This document shows positions 45,771 to 57,477 of a DNA stretch of 64,000 bases, one piece after another. Under the pieces are notes generated by a model, which was not told the DNA's origin, did not search any database, and saw nothing but the letters and a program-made list of their open reading frames with translations. Numbering within the stretch: position 1 is the first letter of the stretch; each line of letters opens with the position of its first letter. Source of the stretch: Hormiphora californensis (Eukaryota; Animalia; Ctenophora); assembly GCA_020137815.1 (NCBI GenBank), contig CM035350.1:992001-1056000 (forward strand), given 5' to 3'. The translations under genes were made by a program, and so were the position numbers.

Positions 45771-47762
45771 ATGAATTCGAACAACCGTGGGATAGTGCTA
45801 TGTTTTCTAATATACCTTTCTCTATGCTCTACTATTATCAGTATCATTGAGATGCCATGGGTTACCATACCATCGGGATCAGCCATGACAGTAAGTAGTT
45901 AGTTACTTAGTTAGTAGGGGGTCACAATACCATATTTAGAAGAGGGATACTTTTAGATATATATGCTACTTCTAACTAAATAGCAGCAATGTTTTATGTG
46001 TTTATCTGATCTTGTGCTTGTTGTGTGATTACTGTAGGAAGTGGTTTAGCAGTCGATCTAAGCGTGTTTCTAGACTTTCTACTCAGCAACACATTTTAGC
46101 ACGCCCATGACGTCTAACTGGCGCTAGTACTGCTAGCTGTGCAGAGTCAGTTCTCTTATTATAGTATCTATCTCTCTCTCTCCATCTCTCAGCTCTCTAT
46201 CTCTCCCACTTTACAGGTAAACATGACTGATCTGGTGATGAACAGGACTGCCTACCAGTTTGCTAATGTGTCAGATGGATCCAATGTCACCTTTATAGCA
46301 ACACGACAAGGATTCTGTGGTAAGGCACTAGGTTTATAGTTAGGGGATCAGGGTAGATGTAATTAGAGATGGACTGATGTCTGATATTGTTATCTAATTA
46401 GCATGAGTGTGTGTATAGATCCTGTGTGGTTACCGGATGAGGTTCTCAAATGTCTGGGGGAGAGACAACACTGGATATCCTCAATTTATCCGCCTCCTCA
46501 GTTTACACACACTCTGCCCACACACACTCCACTCTCTCTTTCTCTCTAAACAACCATTGAATACTATAATTACCGACCCACTCCCAGACACACCAACCCT
46601 AACTACCCTGCAGGTATAAGCGGGTACTGCTACCCATTTGAAGAGGACAGTGTCATTGTGTCACTCCTAACTGGGGAGTGGGGACAGAGATGTAACCAAA
46701 TGAACCCCCTGACACCATTCTATGATACACCTGAGGGAGAGGAACCTTGGGCATTCTCACTCCCCAAACATGCCCCCTTCTACACTTGCATTGCAGGAGC
46801 AGGTAGGGAGCAGATATATTATCTACTGATGTATATTGTGGTGCTATACACTGAGAAGTATAACTATCTAACCCCCCACAGTGTTCCTGCTCTTGACGTG
46901 GATAGTTGGTATCTGTTCCTGTTGTAACTACGACTGCGGCTACTGCACCATCTACTCCGTGTTCGCTGTTCTCCTAGCATTTAGCTGTGAGTATGACGCT
47001 ATCACATCGCATCTGGTTTTTAGTTTTGGGAGTCGTGTTTAATGTTTTGTTTTTTGTTTCTCCTAACAACTCTCTCTCTCTTTCTAGGTTCGGTGTTCCT
47101 GGCTGGTGCCACCATGTTCTTTATGTTCTCTGATGACCCAGCCAGCTGTATTGGGAGGATCTGTTCTGATGTTAACACCCCCTTTTCACTCGGTAGGTGT
47201 CACCTCCTCACCGCTCGTTAGATAGGTGTCACGGGGGTCGGTCCGTTGAGTCGTACACACAATAAGAAGTTATGTTTGGAGCGCGCGGTGACAATCACTC
47301 AAATTGTTAGCATTCTATAACGCTCTATCTTGAGTGCGCGCAGCACGGAACACAACAATCGATTGAAATAGCCCCAATCTCAAAACGGCCGTGTGGGTCT
47401 TCAGCCAGCTCCGCTCTCTCTCTTTTTCTCGGTGTTTACATTCAAACGCGTAATTCTCTTGTTGCAAATAGAAACTCAAATCGAACACAAAATCTACACA
47501 CTCTCAAATTACATCATTATTTGGTAGTTGGTTGGTTGGTGACCCCCCCCCCCCTATTTCAGGACGGTGCGATCTAGGATGGAGTATGTGGGTGGCGGCA
47601 GCAGGGACAGCCCTGGGACTAATCCTGTCTATAGTGGCGTGTGTCCTGGCCAGCAAGACACCTCTAGGATCCCGAAACAAGCCCAACAAGATCATAGAGG
47701 TGAAACCTGGACCGAGCAGAGGACAACGACACAAGTTCATCACTACAACATCAGCCGCTTGA
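45771..47762 (+). CDS. LHFPL/claudin-superfamily tetraspan membrane protein B; exons 45771-45890, 46217-46319, 46614-46802, 46882-46987, 47088-47192, 47563-47762
   Basis: In-phase GT-AG introns; 4 TMs; QGFCGISGYCYP (cf. QGSCGLSGMCYP in gene A), Cys cluster after TM2, ICSDVNTPFSLGRCDLGWS before TM4. Confidence 0.75.
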
Positions 47763-49291
47763 ACCAGACTAGACAATTAAACTGTTTGTTTTTGTATATA
47801 TTTTACTAAGTGAAGCATGCCACAAAAGAGATCAAGAGAGACAACTGTGTGTGTGTGTTAGAAATGGAGTACGAATGGAGACAAGAGAGAAGCGATATAA
47901 TGATTATTGGTTGTTAATTTTGGTTACAGAAGGCAGTTATTGTTTTCCCTAGTTAGTAGCAGTAGACTTGTTGTCCATCTAGACTGATCAGTCAGAGAAT
48001 GAATTTGTAAATTTCCACCATATTTTGATTTTCCACAACCCCGCAAACTATCCGAGTGGTCTTCTTCTATTTCTAAAAGGACGCTGGAAAATAGGGGATA
48101 TAAATAATATCAGCTTGGTCCTTTCCCCCGTACGATGGCGAGTGCCAAGTATGCGATATAATGCCAGCTAGGTACCCCCGTCTGAGCAGGGTCATTGTCT
48201 GTATATCCATGTCATGGGACGTATGAACTGCCTGTTTATCCCATACACGGCCTGTGATAATGAAGGGGGTCTATTGATGGTCACCCCCTCTATAGTAGCA
48301 GTGTTATTTAGACCACCACCACCACACATAGAGGGGTGTTGCATAGTGAGATGAAGCTACACTGTATCAATCTCGCCCCTTCTATGTGTGTGTGTGTCTG
48401 ATGATATTAACGGTGCTGATTGTGTACCTCCCCCTCTCTCTCTGATTATGCTCTGATTGTGGGACGCCAGTATGCATTGACCAGTCTGTTGCTCTGTGAT
48501 AAATATTCAAATACAGCATGCGATAGCAATCCATAACTACGTGCCCTGGTCGAGTAGTCTACTAGTCATAGTTATGAATTATTTTAGCTCCTAATATATC
48601 AGACCTGCTGCTGTCGTTCGGAAAGCGCAGTTGAGGGATCTTCCCAGCCCTTTCCGAATGAGGTTCTATTTTGTTTGATTGAATCCCTTCCCCAGGAGGA
48701 ATGTTTTACTACCTAAGTGGGCTATTTGAAGAGGTCAGACAGAGCGAGAGGAAGACTACGTTTAGTTTTGATGGCCCAGTCAGCTGGCTAAACCGGATAG
48801 TGGTACCCTGTATCATGGCTGTGTTCTTTACCTTCAGGTACCAACCTGTCAGGCCAATGTTCTGACCACAGTTCTCCCCAACAACAGAACTAGTCTTGTT
48901 GTGTGTGTATGGGAGTTACAATACTAGCCAGGAACCTCAACCCTGTGTTGAACTAAATAAATACCCCCCCCCCTCTATCTACTGTGTTAGATAAATTCAA
49001 GCAAGGTAGGTATTTAGGCGGTCTACTCTAATCTACTGCTAATAGTAATGCCAAACTTGTCTAACAGTACAGTACTCTTCTGCTTTGTTTTCAGACTCAC
49101 CACCAGCCCTCACTACCAGAACAAAGAGGGAGAGAGAGAGAGAGGGAGAATGAGACTCTACTCAGTGAGAGAGCTAGAGTTTTACCTTTGTGTGAATACA
49201 ACGTGTGTGTGACTACACGTGGGCTTTCCTTTCTGAGTAATGAATTACCCATCAGCTCGTGTGTGTGTGGCAGAGTGATTTGTCCTTATGT

Positions 49292-49369
<78 letters not shown>

Positions 49370-49462
49370 TGGTAGAGGGTAATTGCACCAAGCGCACACA
49401 CTAATCTCAAGGAATCAGTGTCACTAGTATTCAACATTACTTAGTATCTTCTTGTTGTTGTC

Positions 49463-52400
49463 ATGTCCTATCTACTGTTTGCCAGTCTTGAGAAGTTAAA
49501 GGGGGCACTCCCCACGGGAGGGGGCATAGACGGTCTGACTAGTCAGCTTAACAGAAACACAATGAGCAGAGTCATGATACTCCTCGCCCTAATGAGGTAT
49601 AGAGAAATAGAGCTATCTTCACGATGTGGTAGGAACTGCTGTCAGAGCATTGACATGATAGAGGGACTGTGGGAGAGAATGCAGGATCACCAGAGCTGTG
49701 ATTACTTCAAGAAGGACGCTGTTAGCCCATCCCTGTGTATTACACAGTATGTAATCCCCTCCCCTCCCTGCAGTACATTTAACCAGCTGGTAGGGAACAA
49801 TATTAACTGTTTGGGATTCAAGAAGTTCAACACTGATTTTGCTGATCAATACTGCTGGACTCAGGGTATCTATACGAACAGGAAGGCATACAACATGCCC
49901 GAGAAGACTCCCTACCCAGGGATACTGCCCTGTACTGTGGAGTTTGATAGCACGGGGTGAGTAGTTCGTTGCTCGAAGAGAGTGCTTTGTTGTGTCCCTA
50001 ATACCAGGGTACTTTTTGACTTTTGTAAGTTGGTCCCTAAGTGGGTGAGTTTGAGTGATGGGATTCTGGTGATGAGGATCATGTAATAGCAACAGCTAAT
50101 TGTGCAGTTATATGTATTCCCCTCCCCCAGGCAGCGGCAGTACAGCTGCTCAGAGGCATCCCAAGCTGCTGATAAAGTGTACCACAGCTGGTACCAATGG
50201 GTTCCATTCTACTTCATGGCAGTGGCAGTAGCATACTACATCCCATATCTCTTCCTTAAAATATCCAGTAAGTGTGGTCAATGGGCATTGGGCATTATGT
50301 GGGCTGATTAATTCTATGTTAACTGATGTCTGTGACTCTGTGAAGTGTAGGTTTATAATTGTAGCTAACTACTGAGTACTGAATACTGATACATGCTGAT
50401 GATGGTATGTTTCAGAGTTGAGAAGATTAAAACCACTCCTGGTCTTGCTAAAGGATGAGAGCAATGTCAACTGCCATCCCAGAATTATTGTCAAGAAAAT
50501 ATCAGCTTGGATCTATAATGAGGTAATCATCCAATTAACTAATCATCCAATTAACTAATCATCCAATTAGCACATGTGGGTGTGTCTGCATTTCCCGTCA
50601 GAGCATCTCACTGTTCCTTCAGGACACTCATTTCCACTCTCCCCGCACTTTCCACACGTCTTTCTACAGTAGCTCTCGTAGCTGGTTCCACAATAGTTCC
50701 CCTTATCACAGAAGTTCCCCTTGTCCTCACAGGGCGGGGCAGGACCTGGGTTGTATGGGTCAGTAGGTCCCTCACTGTTCTCAGGATCATACACAGTAGC
50801 AGCATCCTCCTTGTCAGTATCTCCCTTCCCTGTCGCCTTTAGTTTGGGGTATGCAGTAAACCTGTGTGCCTCACAGTTGTAGTGGCCCCTGGCAAACTTA
50901 ACAAACCCTCTGTCTCCCCATCTACTACCCCAACTGTTTTTGATAAGGATGTAACGGGGAGTGTAGGCCACAGCCGCAACTGCATGGTTACTACCCCTGT
51001 TACAGGTAGTGTCCTTTAGGATGCCAGACTTGTAGGCGGAGAAGGTTTCAGTAACTTCAAATGCCACAGAGAGGACTCCCTGTGTGATTCCATAAAGGGT
51101 GTCTGCCTCATTCCTGTTGGGTGCAGCCCAATACCCAGTAACGGTATGGGACTTGAGAGAGTTCTCGGTGAGATCAGTGCACTTCCCAGTCCGGGCCCTG
51201 TAAGGGCGATCATTACCCCGACCCATTCTGCCTTGTTTCTTATTGTAATCCCATGCCTGGTAGTAGAACCCACCATTACACCCGTCCACTGAGGTCTTGT
51301 CTGCGTAGGTGCAGTCCAGGTACTCCTGCTCAGACAACTTCTTCAGTTTCCCGCTGGCAGCCTTGTAGGCCCCCTCCAGGGCAGCTGCTGCACTAAAACT
51401 CCAGCAGGATCCGCACTTGGCCTGGTCGTAAGGGGGCAGCACCGCTCCACGGTCTACCCAGGAGAAGGAGGCGGGCAGGGAAAGTGGTCTGGGTTCATCA
51501 CTAGTGGGTTGTGGGGTAAAGAGGGTGCCATTGAAACCAAGGTACTGGGCCCTCTCTTCTTCTGTCCTATCAGAGAGGAAGTTCAACCCGCTCTCCCATT
51601 CCTTGCCATGAGCATTGTTCTGGTTTACAACGAACTCCAGAGACCTTCTAAATAGTCCTAGTCGAGTCCTCTGCTCTGCAAGACTTGTGTAATGACGTCC
51701 ATTGTCCCTCTGGTATCCACTAAATAGGTTCCTCAATAGAGCGGGAGATTGCAGTGCTCTCTCCTCCTCTGCTGTAGGATAGGCGGCTGCGAGACCGAGA
51801 AACAAAAGTAGAATCATGGTTGATGGTTGAGACAGTAAATCTCCCTTTTCAAGTACTACCTCTCAAAATCACATGATTAGTTTATCACCTCTAAAGTGAG
51901 TTAGCATTTTACAATATGTGTTACAGGTGGTCTATCCTCGTTACGCTACCACATCTGCTATCCCTAAGTTTTGGGGAGATTTTGGACTGGTCATTACCGT
52001 GGTTCTGGTCAAGTTCCTATATCTCAGTAAGTGAGAGAGCAGCTGGTAAACGAAGGTGTACCCTATTAATCTTCCCAGAGAACATGTTTTGAAATCCCTC
52101 TCATGATGCTAGCAATCATACCACCCTTTGATGAGGAGCCATTACCCGTTGTATTTTATTAAATCCACGGGTACTTTGTCACGTGCTGTAGGAGGAGGGA
52201 TAATATAACTTTGTAGACGGGGTTAGATGAGGTAAACCAGCATCCCACTGCTTCTCTTTATTATTACTATCAATTCTATATATCTTGTTAACCATGCGAT
52301 TGTCTTTGCTTCTCCTGGTGGCCCTGGCCGCTGTGACCGTCACTGCTAGATCTCTATCTAGTCGGGAGGACAACTTGGACCTGACTAAGAGGGATAATGA

Positions 52401-53060
52401 TACCATCGAGGCAGTAAATGTTGCGGAGGGGGAAGAAAGTGCTGCAGAAGAAATTATTGAAGATGTTGTAGGAGAAGAAGAAGAATTAGAACAAGAGGAA
52501 GAAAAATTGGAAGAAAAATTGGAAGAAGAAGTTGAAGAAGTAGAAGAAGAAGAAGAAGTAGAAGAAGAAGTAGAAGAAGCAGTAGAAGAAGAGGAAGAGG
52601 AAGAAGAAGAGGAAGTAGAAGAAGAAGAAGAAGAAGAGGAAGCAGAAGTAGAAGAAGTAGTAGAAGAAGAAGAAGAAGCAGAAGTAGAAGAAGTAGAAGA
52701 GGAAGAAGTAGAAGAAGTAGTAGAAGAGGAAGCAGAAGTAGAAGAAGTAGTAGAAGAAGAAGAAGAAGCAGAAGTAGAAGAAGTAGAAGAGGAAGAAGTA
52801 GAAGAAGTAGAAGAGGAAGAAGTTAAAGAAGTAGAAGAGAAGAGCAGAAGAAGAAGAAGAAGAAGAGAGAAGAGAGAAGAAGAAGAAGAAGAAGAAGAAG
52901 AGAAAAGAAGAAGAAGAAGAACAGAAGAAGAGAAGAAGAAGAAGAAGAGAAAGAGAGCAGAAGTATAAGAAGTAGAAGAAGAAGAGGAAGAAGAGGAAGA
53001 AGTAGAAGAGGAAGCAGAAGTAGAAGAAGTAGAAGAAGAAGTAGAAGAAGTAGAAGAAGT

Positions 53061-53099
<39 letters not shown>

Positions 53100-53685
53100 G
53101 GAAGCAGAAGTAGAAGAAGTAGAAGAAGTAGAAGAAGAAGAGGAAGAAGAAGAAGCAGAAGTAGAAGAAAATATTTACAATATATTTGAAAACCTGGAAG
53201 AATTAAAAGAAGAAGAGGAGGTTCATGAGGTTGTTGAAGATCTGGAGAAAGAATTGGATGAATTCGAACACAAGGAGCACGAAGGTCAGGGGGAAGAGAA
53301 GGAGGAAGAAGAGGAAGAGGAGGAGATTCACAAGATTTTTGAAAAACTGGAAGAAGAAATTGATGAATTGGAACATGAACAGCACACGAGTAACGAAAAA
53401 GAGGAAGAAGAAGAAGAGGAGGTTCATGAGATTGTTGAAGATCTGGAGAAAGAATTGGATGAATTTGAACATAAAGTGCACGCAGGTAACCAGGAGGAGG
53501 AAGAGAGAGAAGAAGAGGAAATTCATGAGATTTTTGAAAAACTGGAAGGAGAATTAGATGAATTGGAAGAAGAGGAAGAAGAGGAAGAAGATGAGATTCT
53601 TGGACAACTGGAAGAAGAATTAGATGAATTGGAACATGAGGAGCACGAAGAAGAAGAAGAAGAAAAAGAAGAAGAAGAAGAAGAA

Positions 53686-53722
<37 letters not shown>

Positions 53723-53734
53723 CAGAAGTAGAAG

Positions 53735-53766
<32 letters not shown>

Positions 53767-55944
53767 GAAGAAAATATTTACAATATATTTGAAAACCTGG
53801 AAGAATTAGAAGAAGAAGAGGAGGTTCATGAGGTTGTTGAAGATCTGGAGAAAGAATTGGATGAATTCGAACACAAGGAGCACGAAGGTCAGGGGGAAGA
53901 TAAGGAGGAAGAAGAGGAAGAGGAGGAGATTCACAAGATTTTTGAAAAACTGGAAGAAGAAATTGATGAATTGGAACATGAACAGCACATGAGTAACGAA
54001 AAAGAGGAAGAAGAAGAAGAGGAGGTTCATGAGATTGTTGTAGATCTGGAGAAAGAATTGGATGAATTTGAACATAAAGTGCACGCAGGTAACCAGGAGG
54101 AGGAAGAGAGAGAAGAAGAGGAAATTCATGAGATTTTTGAAAAACTGGAAGGAGAATTAGATGAATTGGAAGAAGAGGAAGAAGAGGAAGAAGATGAGAT
54201 TCTTGGACAACTGGAAGAAGAATTAGATGAATTGGAACATGAGGAGCACGAAGAGCACGAGGAAGGATGTTTTAAAGAGGTTAACGAAGCAATGTCCGAC
54301 ATAGCAGAGGTAGAGATAGTGAAGCTAATTAACGACGCCATTGAATATCTTGAGGTCAAACTGTGGGATCTCATGCGACTGAAGCAAGAATTCATCGACG
54401 ATGTAAGTTGATTGTTATAGTCATTGTTATCATAATAAATCTAACATGAAGCATCATGTTAGATTTATTGTTGAGTGGAGGACGTTCTAACCGTGTCGTG
54501 TTGTCTGTAAGTGGTTCTAACCCTGTCTTTCACAGGAGGTGGAAGTGGAAGTGGTGATGGGTGAATACTCAGTCCTGAAAGAAGTCAGCGAGTTTATGGA
54601 GAAGAAATAGGCTGCTGTTTCATCTGAGAGCGATTTGAATGGATTTGAATTGCAGTTTAAAATTATAACTCTGAGTTTTTATATGTGTCATAACCCACTG
54701 AATCGACCCCCTACCCCTGGCTCCTATTTACTCTCTAACATCCCTACCCCCTTCAGGTATTGCAGTAGCCCACATGTTTGTGACAGCCTTGATGTTTAAA
54801 CTAGGAGATTGGACGACATATGGGCTAATGTTTGGTGTCAGTACTGCTACCACCCAGACCCATGTCAAGGATGTCTTGTTCCCTAAAGTTGTAGCCTGCA
54901 GGATCGCTAAATGGGGCGCTTCTGGTCTTGAAAATGAAACAGGTTAGGATTTATTATCCAGTACGGAGGGAGTTAAAGAGCAACTTCTATTACTATCTAT
55001 ACTCTGAGTAACTTGATTATATATTTTCCAGGCATGTGCATGTTGGCATTGAATGTTCTCTATCAGTATTTATTTCTGGTTATGTGGTACCTCAATGTCA
55101 CCCTCATCCTACTAAACGCTATCGGGTAATTGCCTTGTGTATATCGCTGCATGATACGGGGCCTGTTGCACCACACAAGTTCCCAGTGCTTAGTGGGCCA
55201 TTACCACTAGACCATACTAAACATTGCCTTGCTCTGTCTGGCGGCGCCAGACCCCAATTTGATTCTCAAGCGCGCGACAGTGCGCTCAGATGGGTCGCGG
55301 CGCCAGACAGGCCTTGCTCTACCCTCCCTCCTCACACAGACCACGTACTAAACACATTATTACACAGACCATGTGCAAAACATGCTCCCTGTTATTTCCA
55401 GGTGGTTGGTGACGCTATTTAACGTGGTTAACCCATCTGTGTCACATCAATGGATCGTCAATAACTCCCTAATGCAGGAAACCGAGGACTTTAACAGGAT
55501 GTTCGGCTACATAGGCCCCTCAGGTACTGTTGCCGCCCACTTCTGATCCCACTGGCCGCCTAACAATACCTCAGAGAGCTGAGAGGGTCTACTGAGAGAA
55601 TCCATACAACAATATAGATGTACCAAAACATTGTAACTCTAAAACTACACTCCCTCTCAGGGCGGATAATACTGGCCAAGCTAGCAGAGAACATGTCAGG
55701 TTACCTACTGTCTCAAGTCTCTACCAAGGTCATGAAGAAGATAGACAACCTTCACAGACGGAGAATGAGCAAGCCACCACTAGAGTTCTTCAGGGTCAAT
55801 GGACAGCCCCCAGAAATGATGCGAATGCCTCTGATGGAGTCTACTGCAGTGGCGTTTGGTTTGGCACCGGGCTGTCTAAAAAACAATGTTGCACCAACCA
55901 ACAATCTAGGAGGGGGCAGCGCCACCAACCAGTTGTCACAATAA
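49463..55944 (+). CDS. Innexin (ctenophore-type); exons 49463-49596, 49774-49956, 50131-50267, 50416-50522, 51927-52026, 54757-54942, 55032-55125, 55402-55523, 55661-55944
   Basis: Motifs NINC..DQYCWTQGIYT..PYPGILPC, YHSWYQWVPFYF, LFPKVVAC..WGASG..GMCMLALNVLYQYLFLVMW and GPSGRIILAKL. All eight introns are GT-AG with consistent phase. Confidence 0.92.
50567..51817 (-). CDS. Intronless cathepsin L-like papain (C1A) protease with I29 prodomain and C-terminal ShK-like and Cys-rich modules; nested antisense in innexin intron 4
   Basis: Signal peptide; ERFNIN-like and GNFD-like (GLNFLSD) prodomain; catalytic QAKCGSCW, NHAV and KNSWG; tail CEDKGNFC..YC..YCRKTCGKC then CPEGTVRCSDGKCRHTHMC. Confidence 0.93.
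   Translation of the reverse strand: MILLLFLGLAAAYPTAEEERALQSPALLRNLFSGYQRDNGRHYTSLAEQRTRLGLFRRSLEFVVNQNNAHGKEWESGLNFLSDRTEEERAQYLGFNGTLFTPQPTSDEPRPLSLPASFSWVDRGAVLPPYDQAKCGSCWSFSAAAALEGAYKAASGKLKKLSEQEYLDCTYADKTSVDGCNGGFYYQAWDYNKKQGRMGRGNDRPYRARTGKCTDLTENSLKSHTVTGYWAAPNRNEADTLYGITQGVLSVAFEVTETFSAYKSGILKDTTCNRGSNHAVAAVAYTPRYILIKNSWGSRWGDRGFVKFARGHYNCEAHRFTAYPKLKATGKGDTDKEDAATVYDPENSEGPTDPYNPGPAPPCEDKGNFCDKGNYCGTSYESYCRKTCGKCGESGNECPEGTVRCSDGKCRHTHMC
52294..54610 (+). CDS. Secreted hyper-acidic Glu(His)-rich protein nested on the same strand in innexin intron 5; one intron at 54403-54535; frame disrupted in GAA repeats at about 52840-52970
   Basis: Signal peptide MRLSLLLLVALAAVTVTA and KR dibasic site. 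ORFs 52285-52968 and 53254-54411 are E-rich. Donor GAT|gtaag and acceptor tttcacag|GAG give the terminal exon EVEVEVVMGEYSVLKEVSEFMEKK*. Confidence 0.75.
55234..55310. mobile_element. Tiny MITE with CTGTCTGGCG TIRs (second copy at 60037-60100)
   Basis: ctgtctggcg...cgccagacag termini and related internal sequence in both copies, in opposite orientation. Confidence 0.6.
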
Positions 55945-55948
55945 ACAT

Positions 55949-57165
55949 CTAGCGTCTTTTTCTTCTCCTCGGTGTTACCTTGTGACTAGCAAGGGACGAG
56001 AGGAGGGTCGGCTCCCCGTATATCTCACGAAGTCTACTTTCAAAGGCAGGGATCATCTGGTCAATGACAGAGGACTTGAACATTGTAGCGACTGTATTGT
56101 ATAACTTGTTTGAAAACCTGAGAGATGTGCGTGTTAAAAAGTATCTGAGGATGTTTTATTTGTGTTAAATTATTGTTTTAAAATTCCCACCTAAAAGAGA
56201 CTTCAAAATTCATCACGGAGGTATGTTCAATAGGTCCGGGTCCTATTGTCCAATCCATATTGAGGTGATCAAATAGTGTCTTGTTTTCACAAACAGCCTG
56301 GAAATGAAGAAAATCAGTTGATAGACGATGATATCATGAATATGGGTGAGCAATTTGAAATTGAAAACGGCTATCAGCAGAAAATTCCCACGCTTCAAAA
56401 ATGCGCGCTTCTCGCGCACTCGACCCACCACAAAGAGATTCGCGCGTTGCGTGAACGTACCGAAACTATTTTCGTGCCGTCCAGATTTGTAGAGCCGCTG
56501 ACTTTGGATGTGTACCCCAGTTTGTACAACTGAAACCCGACCTGGAGAGAACGGACAGTTAGCTGGTACAGTGGTACAATCAGTTTAGACAGTTTAAACA
56601 GTCTCATAATACATAATTCATAATCGGGATCACTCATTATATCTGACAGCTGGCTTGTATACCTTTAACTCAGCCTCCATATATTGATGGTTATCCCTTT
56701 TAGTTTCCTTGTGTACTACACTGTCCACACAGTAGGGGATGAATTCCTTGTATTCAGATACCTTCATTACCACATCATATATCTCTTCAGGGGACCACCT
56801 GAATATGGGAGGCAATTCTGTAGAATGGTACTGGTATCAATGGTATCAATGGTTTCAAACTATCACACTAGTACCATCAGAAATCGCCATTATCATGATT
56901 ATGTTCATCTTTAGGCTATTTCGCCAGAAGGCACATGGACACACTAGTATAACTTTCCATCACGTGTTGTTCATGTGTCAGGCCACACTATTGTACTAGG
57001 TATACCACTCATAAGAAAAATATGAGGAAGAGGAATATTATAATACTGAATAGACTCACCCAACCACCCTGTTGTCTCTATATTTCACTGTCTCCGTTTC
57101 TAGATCACTCTCCTGTAGGTGGGGGTTCTCCTCTAACCGTCGCTTTCGTCTCTCTCCCGCTTTTC
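55949..57165 (-). CDS. COQ10: Coenzyme Q-binding START-domain protein COQ10 (5' end uncertain)
   Basis: Exons give YRDNRVVG|WSPEEIYDVVMKVSEYKEFIPYC..MEAELK|VGFQLYKLGYTSKV|AVCENKTLFDHLNMDW..NFEVSFR|FSNKLYNTVATMF..AFESR; TAG at 55949-55951. Confidence 0.85.
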
Positions 57166-57394
57166 TGAGAATTATATCACGTGAGTGACAATGGACTCAT
57201 TTAATTGGTCTAGACCCGAGCTCTATTTTCATTTGTCGCAAAATGAGGTGAGACAAAGATTTGAAATTTAGTGCCCCCGTCAGAGAGAAGAGTGAGACGG
57301 AGTGGGGCCGATTGGATAACTAGAAATAATGAAGATTGAAGAACAAGAGATAGAAAGAGAGAAAATATGTGAGAGAAAGAGAGAGAAAGAGAGA

Positions 57395-57477
<83 letters not shown>

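Noticed and set aside
53203-54395. Hydrophobic Phe/Leu-rich minus-strand ORFs and K/R-rich alternative-frame ORFs
   Set aside because: Shadow frames of the GAA-rich acidic protein gene.
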